NCBI RefSeq assembly: GCF_004010195.1
Contig: NC_057753.1
Span: 10,185,358-10,223,514, forward strand
Direction: 5' to 3'
Length of the DNA: 38,157 nucleotides
Origin: Chiloscyllium plagiosum
Lineage: Eukaryota
Positions within the stretch are counted from its first letter, which is position 1, and the number at the start of each line of letters is the position of its first letter. Both the position numbers and the translations under genes were made by a program. The notes beneath the pieces were generated by a model. That model worked only from the letters and a program-made list of their open reading frames with translations. It searched no databases and had not been told where the DNA came from. Below, piece by piece: positions 1-11,369 of the stretch.

Positions 1-14
1 TTACTCTACATTTA

Positions 15-226
15 TTTGGAGAAAGTGAGGACTGCAGATGCTGGAGATCAGAGTCGAGAGTGCGGTGCTGGAAAAGCACAGCAGATCAGGCAGTTTCCGA
101 GGAGCAGGAGAATCAATGTTTCAGGCATCATTCCTGATGAAGGACTTATGCCCAAAACGTCGATTCTCCTGCTCCTCAGATGCTGCCTGACCTGCTATGC
201 TTTTCCAGCACCACACTCTCGACCAG
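15..226. mobile_element. Penelope pLTR-derived hairpin insertion (family A) with degenerate hammerhead motif
   Basis: Inverted arms GTCGAGAG..GCTGGAAAAGC / GCTTTTCCAGC..CTCTCGAC. CTGATGA at 134-140, but GAAA has decayed to AAAA. 10-bp TSD TCTACATTTA at 5-14 and 227-236. Confidence 0.8.
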
Positions 227-480
227 TCTACATTTACCCCTGACGACTGCACCACACCTACACATCCCTGAACACTATGGACAATTTAGCTAGGCTAACT
301 CACCATAACATGTACATCTTTGTATTGTGGGAGCAAACTGGAACACCCGGAGGAAACCCACACAGACACGGCAGGAGAACATGCAAACTCCACACAGACA
401 GTCACCCCAAGAGTAGAATCAAACCCGGGTCCATGGCTCTATGAGGCAGCTGTGCTAACCACTGAGCCACCATGCCGCCC
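227..480 (-). mobile_element. HE1-type tRNA-derived SINE
   Basis: Minus strand starts GGGCGGCATGGTGGCTCAGTGGTTAGCAC (A box) and has GGTTTGATTC (B box). Body GTGGGTTTCCTCCGGGTG is shared with about 10 copies in the window. Confidence 0.85.
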
Positions 481-589
481 CGAGCTACTGTGGGGTTGCA
501 CTTGGGGGTGCGAGGCGGTGTGCAGTCCAGAAAACTTTTTAAAAAGCCCACCAACTTTCCCACTGCACCCATTGTCAGAGTGGGGCAGA

Positions 590-1580
590 AGGTTTGGTCC
601 ACAGTAGCGTCACTGGCAGAATCCGATTGTTGGGAGCACTGGTGCCCCCGCTGGGGTCTTCGCAAGTTGCTGGAAAATGTGAAGCTTTTGTTGCTTTCAG
701 GGCAGTAGAACGGCCACTCCCCAGTGTGGACCTGCCGGCGGGTCAGTAGGTAGGAGGAGCAGTTAAAGCGTTTCTCGCACTCTGGGCAGGAGAACGGCTT
801 CTCCCTAGTGTGGACCCACTGGTGCCTCAGCACGTGGGAGGAATTGCTGAAGGCCTTCCCGCACTCGGGACAGCTGAAGGGCCTCTCCCCCGTGTGGACC
901 CACTGATGGGCCACGAGGTTGGAGGAGACCGCAAAGCCCTTTCTGCACACTGAGCAGGAGAATGGCTTCTCCCCGGTGTGGACCCGCCGGTGGGTCAGCA
1001 GTTGGGAGGGCTGGGTAAAGCCCTTCCCACACTCAGGGCAGGCAAACGGCCTCTCCCCAGTGTAGACCCACTGGTGTGTCAGCAGGGAGGAGGAACTGCT
1101 GAAGCCCTTCCCACATTCAGGGCAGGGGAACGGCTTCTTGCCTGTGTGGACCCACAGGTGCCTCAGCAGGGCAGAGGAATCGCTTCCCATACTCGGGCCA
1201 ACTGAATGGCCTCTCCCCGGTGTGGACCCGCTGGTGCTTCAGCGGGTCGGAGGATTTGCTGAAGGCCTTCCCACAATCAGAGCAGGGGAAGGGCCTCTCC
1301 CCGGTGTGGACACGCTGGTGCGCCAGCAAGTGGGAGGAGTGGGTGAAGCTGTTCCCGCACTCGGGGCAGGTGAATGATCTCTCCCCAGTGTGGACCCGCA
1401 GTGGTCCAGTAGGTGGGAAGAGCGGATAAAGCCTTTCCCACACTCTGGGCAGGAGAACAGCCTCTCCCTGGTGTGACTGCGCTGATGAATTTCCATGGTA
1501 GACGGGACAATGAAGCCTTTCCTGCAGTCGCAACACTTCCACGGTTTCTCCATGGGGCGAGATTCCTCTGGTTTCTCCAT
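590..1580 (-). pseudogene. C2H2 zinc-finger pseudogene, copy 1 (about 11 fingers)
   Basis: GCCATGG start (ATG at 1580), [16 protein letters not shown]. The finger array is split over three frames (ORFs 1239-1586, 1117-1542, 402-1190). Several Cys/His residues are lost, and the paralogous HPQD-stop is missing. Confidence 0.9.
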
Positions 1581-1815
1581 GGCCAAAGCTTCAGCTGTTC
1601 ACAAATGCATGTACAGCCCCTCCCTGCCGTGAATTCCTCTTTCCAGGCCGTATAATTGTTACAGGCTCCACACTCAATGCGCTGCCACAGTAGCGTCTCT
1701 CATCCAGCTCCACTGATGCTGAAAATGTACCAAAGAATTTTGCTCCTTCTCACAGAATCGTAGTCAAAAATCGTTACAGTCCCAATGGATTGATTGACTG
1801 TCTGTCATTGACATG

Positions 1816-1934
1816 AAAATGAGGACTGCAGACGCTGGAGTGTCAGTCAAAATGTGTGGTGCTGGAAATACACAGCAGGTCAGGCAGCATCCAAGGAGCA
1901 GGAGAGTTGCTGTTTCGGGCATAAGCCCTTCATC
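1816..1934 (-). mobile_element. Penelope pLTR fragment in the predicted 5' UTR of ZNF copy 1
   Basis: Minus strand GATGAAGGGCTTATGCCCGAAAC...CTGCAGTCCTCATTTT, at the same position as in copies 3 and 4. Predicted splice acceptor TTTTTTCCAG at 1976-1975. Confidence 0.8.
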
Positions 1935-2094
1935 TGTTGATTTTGAAACTTGAGTCTACAGATCTTCAAATGCACTGGAAAAAAAGATTATGAAAGTCAT
2001 CAATGTCAGTCAGGGTAGAAATTCAGAACAAGCAATTCTACTTTATGTGGTACAGTCTTTTCTTTTGTAATTCCATGAACTTGAAAGCACCATT

Positions 2095-2360
2095 ACCCTA
2101 CTCTGACTGCTCTACATTTACACCTGATTAATGCATCTAACCTACACATCCTGGACACTATGGACAATTTAACATGGCTAATTCACCCAAACCTGCACAT
2201 CTTTGGATAGTGGGAAGAAACAGGTGCACTGGAAGAAATCCGCCGCAAACACCAGACGGAGAATGTGCAATATCCACACAGACAACGGCCCTGAGGCTGG
2301 AATCGTACCTGGCTCCCTGGTGCCGTGAGGCAGCAGCACTAACCACTGAGACACCGTACC
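2095..2360 (-). mobile_element. HE1-type SINE
   Basis: A box GGTGTCTCAGTGGTTAG on the minus strand. Body is similar to 227-480. Confidence 0.8.
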
Positions 2361-2499
2361 TTCCTTTTCCAGTCCCGCCACCAAGTCACTCAGCTTGAGC
2401 TCAAGCAAAGCACTAAGTTTAATTTTCGCTTCACGCTCACTGAGCTTTCGTCCCGTCCCCACTTCCTCTACAGGAAATGCAAAAAGCTGGGGGATGCCA

Positions 2500-2860
2500 C
2501 ATAGAATCCCTACAGTGCGGAAAGAGGCCATTTGGCTCAACAAGTACAAGCCAACACTCCGAAGAGCAACCTATCCACACCCATTTCCCTACTCCTATAA
2601 CTCTCCATTTACCTCCCACTAATATATCTAACCCACACATCTCTGAACACTATGGGGCAATTTAGCATGGCCAATTCACCCTAACCTGCACATCTTTGGA
2701 CTGTGGGAGGAAACCGGAGCACCTGGATGAAACCCATGCAGCCACGGGGGCGGTGGGGGAAACAATATGCAAACTCCACACAGACAGACAGTCACCTGAA
2801 GCTGGATTCAAATCCCTGTCCCTGGTGCTGTGAGGCAGCACTGAGCCACCGTGCAGCCCC
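2500..2860 (-). mobile_element. HE1-type SINE, near full length
   Basis: GGTGGCTCAGTG head, central domain, and tail ending GTAGGGATTCTATG. Confidence 0.85.
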
Positions 2861-2977
2861 TGTGTGCTGAAAGAGATGCAATGTGGAACTTTATTGACTG
2901 TACCGCACGGTGGATTGTTGAGTAAGGTCGAGTCTCGAAGGATCTGCAAAGAGGTAGCCAACATTTCGGAGCGCATT

Positions 2978-3090
2978 GCGACAGATGCTGGAATCCGTCC
3001 TGAAAACAACAAATGCTGGAGATCACAGCTGGTCAGACAGCGTCCACATAGAGAGAACAAGCTAACATTTCAGGTTCAGGTGACTCTTGG
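2978..3090 (-). mobile_element. Penelope pLTR fragment, third family (C), hammerhead truncated
   Basis: Shares the CAGATGCTGGA / GCTGGAGATCA / GGTCAGACAGC layout of family A. Minus strand has an AAGAGTC..GAAATGTTAGC relic. Confidence 0.5.
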
Positions 3091-3091
3091 A

Positions 3092-3790
3092 GATTTATAA
3101 AATCTTCCTGGATACAGAGAAGATGAATGTCAGGAGTCGTTTCCCTGGAATGAGGGATTTCAAGACTAGCGGACATATTTTTAAGGTGAGAATAGAAAGA
3201 TTTAAAAACAAAATAAGGGGTAACATTTTTACATAGAGTGCTTCACGTGTGGAATGAATTTCCAGAGGAAGTGGTAGATGTGCTTACAGTCACAACATTT
3301 AAATGACATTTGGATAAGTACATGAATAAAAAATGTTTAGAGGATATTAGGCCAAGCACATGTAGGTGGGACTAGTTTAGTTTGGGATTATGGGAGACAT
3401 GGACTGGTTGGACCGAAGGATCTGTTTCCGTGCTGTGTGACTGTGACTGGATACAGTGGATGTGGGGAAGATGTTTCCACCAGTAGGAGAAACGAGGACC
3501 AGAGGACACAGGCTCAGGGTGAAGGAATGCCCTTCAGAACTGAGATGAGGAGGAATTTCTGCAGCCAGAGGATGGTGAATCTGTGGATCTCATTGCTGTA
3601 GAGCGCTGTGGAGGCCAAGTCATTGAGGGCGTTTAAGATAGGGATAGATAGGTCCTTGATTAGTAAGGGAATCAAGGGTTACGAGGAGAAGGCAATAGAA
3701 TGGGGTTGAGAAACATATTGGCCATGATCGACTGGTGGAGCAGACTCAATGGGCCAAATGGCCTCATTCTGCTCCTGTATATTGTAGTCT
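3092..3790 (+). mobile_element. Two adjacent CR1/HER1 LINE 3' tail fragments
   Basis: Typical CR1 ORF2-end and tail motifs (GTGTGGAATGAA..CCAGAGGAAGTGG; GGCCAAATGGCCT..TCTGCTCCT). Confidence 0.75.
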
Positions 3791-3852
3791 TAAAACTGGG
3801 CAGATTACTGAAGTGGTTTTCATGAACAATTTCAGAGTCCTGAAGTAAAGCC

Positions 3853-6265
3853 GTAGAGGTGTACAGCATGGAAACAGACCCTTTAGTCCAACTCGTCCAT
3901 GCCGACCAGTTTTCCTAACCTAATCTCGTCCCATTTGCCAGGACTTGGCCAATATCGCTCTAAACCTTTCCTATTCATATACCCATCCAGATGCCTTTTA
4001 AATGCCGTAATTGTACCGTCCTCCATCACTTCCTCTGACACTCATTCCATACATGCACTACCCTCTGCATGAAACACTTGTTCCTGAGGTCCCTTTTAAA
4101 ATCTTTCCCTTCTCACTCTAAACCTATGCCCTCTAGTTCTGGACTCCACAACCCAGGGAAAATACCTTGTCTGTTTATAAAATCATGAGGATTATGGATA
4201 GAATAAACGTCTGGAAGGACACAGTCAAGTTCGTGAGACATGATTTCTCACGCACAAAGCCATGCTGACTATCCCTAATCAGTCCTTGCCTTTCCAAATA
4301 CATGTAAATCCTGTCCCTCAGGATTACCTCCAACAACTTGCCCACTGGCAATGTCAGGCTCACTGGTTGATAGTTCCCTAGCTTTTCCTTACAACCTTTC
4401 TTAAATACTGGTACCACATTAGACAACCTCCAGTCTTTCATCACCTCATGTGTTACTATCGATGGTACAAATACCTCAGCAAGGGACCCAGCAATCACTT
4501 CTCTAGCTTCCCATAGAGGTCTAGGGTACAACTGATCAGATCCTGGGGATTTATCCACTTGCATGCATTTCAAGACATCCAGCACCACCACCTTTGTAGT
4601 ATGGACATTTTTACATTTGTCAAGATATCATCTATTTCCCCACATTCTATTTCTTTCATGTCCTTCTCTACAGTAAACACTGATGCAAAATACTTGTTTA
4701 TTATCTCCCCCAACTCCTGCGGCTCCACACATAGGCCGTCTTGCTGATCTTTGAGGGGCCCTGTTCTCTCCCTAGTTACCCTTTTCTCAATGTATTTAAA
4801 AAACCCTTGGATTGTCCTTAACTCTACTTGTCGAAGCTATCTCATGTTCCCTTTTTGCCCTCCTGAGTTTACTTGTCATATGCTTCCTTCTTTTTCTGAA
4901 CCAAAAGCTCAATTCCTCGAGTCATTCAGCATTCACTACACCTACCAGCCTCCCCTTTCACCCTAGGTTCTAGATTAGAGTGGTGCTGGAAAAACACAGC
5001 AGTTCAGGCAGCATCCGAGGAGCAGGAAAATTGAGTAAAAGCCCTTCATCTAATCTAGAATCTGGTTTCCAGCATCTGCAGTCCTTGTTTTTACCGAGTT
5101 TTTCTCCTTTCACCCTAACAGGAATATACTGTCTCTGGACTCTCAGTTTCTCCCATTTTCCAGCCATCCTTTGCCTGCGAACATCTTTCCCAGTTAGCTT
5201 TTGAAAGATTTTGCCTAATACCATCAAAGTTAGTCATCCTCCAATTTAGATCTTGTATATACTTTATCATCTCTCTTTTATAGTTCATAGAATTATGGTC
5301 ACTGGCCCCAAAGTGCTCCACTGACAGCTCAGTCACCTGCCCTGCCTTATTTCCCAAGAGTAGGTCAAGTTTTGCACCTTCACTAGTTAGAACATCCACT
5401 TACTGAATCAGAAAATTTTCTTGTACACATTTAAATTCCTCTTCATCTAAATCCTTAACATTATGGCAGTCCCAGTCTATGTTTGGAAAGTTAAAATCCC
5501 TGACCACAACCACCCTATTATTATTACAGATAACTGAAATCTCCTTACAAATTTGTTTCTCAATGTCCCTCTGACTATTAGGGGGTCTATAATAAAATCC
5601 CAATAAGGTGATTATCCCTTTCTTATTTCTCAGTTCCACCCAAAGAAGCTTCCTGCATGTATTCCCAGGAATATCCTCCCTAAGCACAGTAATATATCCC
5701 TTATCAAAAAAGCCACTCTCCCTCCTCTCCTGCCCCCCTTTCTATCCTTCCCTTAGCATGTGTGTTCTGGAACACTAAGCTGTTAGTCCTGTTCATCCTC
5801 GAGCCATGTTTCTGTAACTGCCATGATATCTCAGTCCCAAGTTCCTAACCATCATCTACTTTCCCTGTTCGGCCTCTTCTAATTGAAATAAATGCAGTTT
5901 AATTTACCAGTCCTACCTTGTTCTCTGCTTTGTTCCTTCCTGCTCTGATTGTTTGACTCAGTCCCATTCCCAACTGGACCAGTCACAGATTGATCTCTTT
6001 CCTCACTATTTCTCTGGGTCCCAGCAATCCCTGCCCCCCACCCACCCCTACCTTACTAGTTTAAATCCTCCTGAACAGCTCTCGCAAATCTCCCAGCAAT
6101 ATATTAGTCCCCTTCCAATTCAGGTGCGATCCATCCTTCTTGTACAGGTCTTTTCTACCCCAGAAGAGATTCCAATATTCACATTTTTTGGATCCTTTCT
6201 CCCGTGCACCAGTTCCTCAGCCACGCATTCATCTGCCCTGTCCACCTATTCTCACCCTCACTAGC
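3853..6265 (-). mobile_element. CR1-clade LINE, degenerate and internally deleted (EN and partial RT)
   Basis: EN motifs LWVELRNKKG, YYRPPNS, DFNFPNIDW (5400-5687). RT motifs DKSPGSD, PVFKKG, QHGF..KSCLTNL (4175-4591). 3' tail at 3853-4200. Confidence 0.9.
4966..5105. mobile_element. Penelope pLTR-derived insertion nested in CR1
   Basis: GTGGTGCTGGAAAAACACAGC..AGCCCTTCATC followed by inverted TCCAGCATCTGCAGTC. 12-bp TSD CCTTTCACCCTA at 4954-4965 and 5106-5117. Confidence 0.8.
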
Positions 6266-6420
6266 AACATTCCCCATTAACTGGTTAAGTCCTGGATTGC
6301 TTTTCTAAAATGCAACACCTCACGTTCGTCTAAATTAAACTCCATCTGCCAATCCTCGGTCCATTATTCCATCCGATCGATTATAATTTATAGCAAACTC
6401 TCTTTCCTCTCTTATTCCCT

Positions 6421-6485
6421 NNNNNNNNNNNNNNNNNNNNNNNNNNNNNNNNNNNNNNNNNNNNNNNNNNNNNNNNNNNNNNNNN
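6421..6485. other. Assembly gap (65 N)
   Basis: Run of N. Confidence 1.
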
Positions 6486-6489
6486 TACA

Positions 6490-7190
6490 CTCAGGGGGGA
6501 TTTAATTGAAACATAAGAATGCTGAATGGCTTGGACAGAGTGCATGTTGGGGGAGATGTTTCCACTGGTAGGAGAGATGGGGACTCGAGGGCACAGCCTT
6601 CGAGTAAACGGAAGATCTTTTCAAACAAACAGAGATAAGGAGAAACTTCTTCAGCCAGACAGTGGCGAATCTATGAAATTCACTGCCACAGAAAGCTGCA
6701 GTAGCCAAGTCACTGAGTATATTTAAGACTGAAACAGACAGGTTTTTGAGTATCAAGCTGGAGAATGGGGTTGAGAAACTTATCAGCCATGATTGAATGG
6801 TGGAGCAGACCCACTGGGCGAATTGGCCTAATTTCTGCTCCTGTGTCTTATGGTCTCTTGCTGTCCTGGACACAGAAAATTGGGAGCAAGAGTAGGCCAT
6901 TTGATCTTTCGAGCCTTCACCAGCATTCAACAGATCATGACTGGATATTAATCTACCTATATCTAGGTGGATAAATTGGGGTTTTTGTTTTCACTGGAGC
7001 ATGGAATGTTGAGAGGTGACCTTACAGAGGATTATAAAATCACGAAAGATAGCGATGTCCTTTCCCTCAGATGTGAGTTTCAAGATTAGGGAGAAAACTT
7101 TTAAGGCGAGGGGAGAAAGATTTTAAAAAGACATCAGAAGCACCCTTTTTTAAGAGAGTAGTTTGTGTGTGGAATGAATGTCCAGAGAAA
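6490..7190 (+). mobile_element. CR1 3' tail fragments; the second continues at about 8507-8660
   Basis: Motif MFPLVGE..TRGHSLRV. The tail motif GGAATGAA..CCAGAGAAAG is interrupted at about 7190 and resumes with TGGTGGATG at about 8511. Confidence 0.7.
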
Positions 7191-8506
7191 GCCCAGAGGT
7201 CAGGTCAGTTTTCCTTTGTGTGAATCCAAGGAAAGCAATGGGACCAGACATTGGACCAGGCCGTGCACTCAGGGCATGTGCAGATCAACTGGCAGAGGTC
7301 TTCTCAGACATCTTCAACCTCTCCCTGCAGCAGGCCATTGTCCCTGCCTGTTTCAAGAGGGCCAACATCATCCCTGTGCCTCAGAAGACTCATGTAGTAC
7401 ATCTCAACAACTACCGCCCAGTTGCCCTAACTTCGGTAGTCATGGATTGCTTTGAAAGGTTGGTCATGGCATTAATCAACTCCAGTCTCCCCACTACTCT
7501 TGCTCCAGTCCAATTTGCCTATTGAACAGATACGTAAGAATCCTACTTATTGACTATAATTCAGGCTTCAACACTATTATCCCCTCGAGACTGATTACCA
7601 AATGTAGTGATCTCAGACTAAGCCCCACTCTCCGCAACTGGATCCTCAGTTTCCTGACCCACAGGCCACAATCAGTGAAGACTGGGGACACCATTTGATC
7701 CTCACTAACACTTAACACTGGAGCCCTCCAGGGGTGCGTACTCAGCTCCCTACTGTACTCACTGTATACCCATGACTACGTCACCAAATACCAGACTAAT
7801 GCCATTTACATATTCACTGGCACCACCATTGTCGGTCGAATCTCAGATGACAATGAAACAGACTACAGACGGGAGGTGGAAAATCTGGAAAAATGATGCA
7901 CTGAAAACAAACTAGATCTCAATGCTAGCAAAACCAAGAAACTCGTTATTGACTTTTGGCGGGATGTTACTCATGCCCCCATACACATTAACAGCACAGA
8001 GGTGGAATGAGAGGAGAGTGTCAAGCTCCTGGGAGTGGTCATCCACAACAAGCTGTCTTGGATGTATCACTACCTGGTATGGCAACTGTACCATTCAAGA
8101 TTGGAGACGGTTACAGAGAGTGGTGAACTCAGCCCGGACAATCACAAAGGCCAACATCCCATCTATAGAATCCATCTACCAAGCCTGCTGTCAAGGGAAG
8201 CCACCAGCAATCTTAAAGATACATCCCACTCTGGCAATGTTTGTCTACAACCTCTACCATCGGGGACAAGGTACAGAAGCCTGAACACCAGCCAGTTTTG
8301 TAACAGTTTCTACCCTACTATTGTTAGAACAATGAATGGACTCTCAAACTCTCAGCATTCACCTGAACCTGTGTTTTTGTTTTTGCCGCTGTTTATCTAT
8401 TATTTGCTATCTATGCTACTTACTATGTGATCTGCCTTTTTGATCGCAAGACAACACTTTTCACTGTGCCTCAGTACATGTGACAATAAATAAATTCAAG
8501 TCAGTT
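7191..8506 (+). mobile_element. Rex1/Babar-like LINE, 5'-truncated and degenerate
   Basis: RT motifs [46 protein letters not shown], and NTGALQGCVLSSLLYSLYTHD at about 7714-7776. 3' end GACAATAAATAAATTCAAG. Confidence 0.85.
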
Positions 8507-8894
8507 CAAGTGGTGGATGTATGTCCAGTTAAAAGGCACATGAATAGGAATGGTTCAGAGGGATATGGGCCAAACACTGGCAGGTGCAACTAGTTTAGTT
8601 TGACAACATAGTCAGCATGGACTAGTTAGTGCAGAAACAGACTGTTCTGTCCGTCTGACTGTCTAACTGTTCTATACTGGTCTTAAATCCATTTTCTTGC
8701 CTCCCCCATAACCATCCACTTCCTTGTTGTCAAAAATTCAAATGAACTCAGCCTTGAATATATTCAATGACCCCCTAACTTCAGGAAGGCATCCCCACTT
8801 CTGAACTCAATTCCTCTTGCTAATGTACCGCTTGCCTTGCTGATTGCTTGCTGGTATAGAAGGATGCTGAGGCCTGTTTGTACATCAACACATC

Positions 8895-9024
8895 ATTCCT
8901 GATGAAGGGCTCGTGCCTGAAACGTCGAACCTCCTGCTTCTCAGATGCTGTCTGAACCTGCTGTGCTTTTCCAGCTCTACACTTTTCGACTCTGATCTCC
9001 AGCATGTGCAGTCCTCACTTTCTT
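8895..9024 (+). mobile_element. Penelope pLTR fragment (family A) in intron 1 of ZNF copy 1, antisense to the host gene
   Basis: ATTCCTGATGAAGGGC...TCCAGCATGTGCAGTCCTCACTTTC. A paralogous insertion is at 15911-16045. Confidence 0.8.
8896..8929 (+). ncRNA. Minimal type I hammerhead ribozyme motif
   Basis: UUC-CUGAUGA-A-GGGC-UCGU-GCCU-GAAA-C-GUC-GAA: 3-bp stem I, 4-bp stem II with one G.U pair, ACGU palindromic stem III, GUC triplet. Confidence 0.65.
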
Positions 9025-9272
9025 CACATCCCAATATATCACCATTTAAGGAATACGTCTCCTTTCTGCTTTTTTTAAAAACAGCAAACACATTGTGGTA
9101 CTACATTTGCCAAGTGTTTGCTAATTGAGACACAATCTTGGACCAACTTTTCCAGAGTCTCTCCCCTCGCCGGGATTCACTCCCTTTCCTTTCAATTGCT
9201 GCAAAACAAAAATTGAATCCCAGAATGAAAACAAATGGAAAAGGGGGTGAGAAAAGAAAGTGCCGTACTCAC

Positions 9273-9570
9273 AGATGTTGGACAGAAGAAGAAAGTTGCA
9301 GTCTGGGGTGAAGCTCAATCTTTCTTCAGAGAGGAACAACAGCAGGAGCAGCTTCAGAAGCTCATGGTCAAACTTCCGTATTCAGACAATAGCAAGGCTC
9401 TGATTGACAAAAGAACCAGGCTCCTTCCGGTCATCCCGAACTCCCCATTGGCCCATCAAAAGAAGGTCGCGGTCCATAATTGCGGACAACATGGGGCATG
9501 CGCAGTTCTTGTTGACACCCGCTGAACATGCGTAATATTTACTGACACCGAGGAGTATGCGCAGTGTGGT
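9273..9570 (-). promoter_or_regulatory. Promoter and non-coding exon 1 of ZNF copy 1
   Basis: Inverted paralogue of 15355-15650. NRF1-like GCATGCGCA 9496-9504, CCAAT 9447-9451, ETS CGGAAG 9424-9430 and 9372-9378, donor CATCT/GTGAGT at 9272. Confidence 0.7.
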
Positions 9571-9894
9571 CTGTGGAGATGCCGGTGTTGCTGACAAGAT
9601 TTTGTACCCGAACGTCAATAGTTTAAAAAAAAAGCTGAAGCCATATTTTTTTTTTACCTGTAGCTCGACATTTTATTGCGTTTGCATTGTGAGACTACTC
9701 AACTTTTGTATGTCTTTTCACCAGGGTAGGGGGAGTCCAAAGCTTAGATTTAGGTTGAGATGGGGAAAGATTTAAAAGGGACCTCAGGATCAGAAAAAAA
9801 ACAGCGTGAAAGTTAATTCGCCTCAACACATGCCCCTTCTTATGCCCTGAACAAGATAGATTGTTCACAGCCTATTAATCATGAGTAGCAATGA

Positions 9895-10575
9895 TGGTGG
9901 GAAACTTGGAAGGGTTCAAAAACGATTTATAAATATGATTTGGAGATGCGGTGTTGGACTGGGGTGTACAAAGTTAAAAATCACACAACGCCAGGTTATA
10001 GTCCAACAGGTTTAATTGGAAGCACACTAGCTTTCGGAGCGACACTCCTTCATCCGGTGATCACCGGATGAAGGAGCGTCGCTCCGAAAGCTAGTGTGCT
10101 TCCAATTAAACCTGTTGGACTATAACCTGGTGTTGTGTGATTTTTATATTTATAAATATGTTGCAAGGGTTGGAGGGGTTCAGCTGCAGGGAGAAGCTGA
10201 ATAGGCTGGGGCTGTTTTCCATGTAGCATTGGATGCTGAGGGTTTATAAAACCTTATAGAGATTTATAAAATCATGAGGGGCATTGATAGGTTAAATACA
10301 CAAGGTCTTTTCGCTGGGGCGGGGGAGTCCAGAACTAGAGGGCATTCATTTTGGGAGAGAGGGAAAAAGATATAAAAAGGACCTAAGGGGCAAATTTTTC
10401 ACGTAAAGGGTGGTGCATGTATTGAATTAGCTGCCAGAAGAAGTGGTGGAGGCTGGTACAATTACAAAATTTAAAAGGCATTTGGTTGGGTATATGGGCC
10501 AAGATTAATTTAGGATACCTGGTCAGCATGGACCGACAGGTTTGTTTCCATACTTTACAACTCTATGGTTCTATT
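9895..10575 (+). mobile_element. CR1/HER1 3' fragment interrupted by a hairpin element
   Basis: GAAACTTGGAAGGGTTCAAAAACGATTT..ATGTTGC..GGGTTGGAGG (KLERVQKRF..ML.GL) running through to the tail CTCTATGGTTCTAT. Confidence 0.8.
9938..10147. mobile_element. Penelope pLTR-derived palindromic insertion (family B) with back-to-back hammerhead motifs
   Basis: 86-bp arms at 9975-10060 and 10061-10146 with no spacer and 2 mismatches. 13-bp TSD ATTTATAAATATG at 9925-9937 and 10148-10160. Confidence 0.9.
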
Positions 10576-10844
10576 TCTGCATAGTCAGAATCAATTTCAC
10601 AAGACTAGGAATAGGTCATACACAACTTACAGCCCGTCCTCAACTGTGCAAGTTTCAGAAAGATGTCTGCAGCTTTTCTATAAAGTTGAACATGCTTTCA
10701 TGATGCTTCTGAATATATCATTTTAGCTATTCTCAATTTTAAAGACGAGACTCTGCAAAGGTGCTCAGATGCTCTCTGTCCCTCAAATGTATTTTCACTT
10801 TTTTCCTTAATTTGACACATTCATTTAAATACAATTTGCACCCA

Positions 10845-10895
10845 TTAATTGTGTACATGAGGAAAGATTGCTTCTTTCCTCATGTACACAATTAA
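10845..10895. repeat. Perfect 23-bp inverted repeat with 5-nt loop
   Basis: TTAATTGTGTACATGAGGAAAGA-TTGCT-TCTTTCCTCATGTACACAATTAA. Confidence 0.95.
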
Positions 10896-11369
10896 AAGAG
10901 TAGCATGGAACTGAGCAGCATTTAAGGGATTAGCACATTGATATAAAAAGTACATATATGTTGCTTTATTTTTGTGTATATCTAATATTATTTGCTGTTG
11001 TAAAAGTTTAATGGCTAATATGTTTCACCTTCTAATAACATTCTATACTTCTTGTCATCTTTTTCATTAATAGGATAGAAGGAAGTCATTCAGCAACTTA
11101 AATGGCTTTCTTTTCTCAAGCGGCCTTGATATTTCATTTTCATGTCCTTGATTCAGCTCCATTTGCAGCATCTTTGACAGCATCTTGTTCCAGGTCATCG
11201 TGTATGGAGGAAAGCTTCACTGAAGTGATTCTTAAGGCTGGCTGCATGACAGTTTTCAGGTTTTGGTGCCCTGGATAACATGTGATCAGCAGGCATCTGG
11301 CAGTTTGCAGGAATTTGGTGCCTATGCTATGGTCATTTAACAGTACTTATTTTGTTAATTTTTCTGCAG

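Noticed and set aside
131..165. TGATGA and CTGA motifs as C/D box snoRNA
   Set aside because: The stem-loop, GAAAC and GTC context and the Penelope linkage fit a hammerhead. There is no terminal stem with box C/D spacing, and this copy is also degenerate as a ribozyme.
16..243. Recurrent short ORFs such as MEKVRTADAG.. and ..EGLMPETS.. (also 8913, 19789, 19837, 31740)
   Set aside because: Translations of the non-coding pLTR repeat, not a peptide family.
472..1655. Many overlapping and antisense ORFs over the ZNF arrays (also 17057-18015, 31102-31464, 36096-36995)
   Set aside because: Shadow frames of GC-rich 84-bp finger repeats, with no independent protein features.
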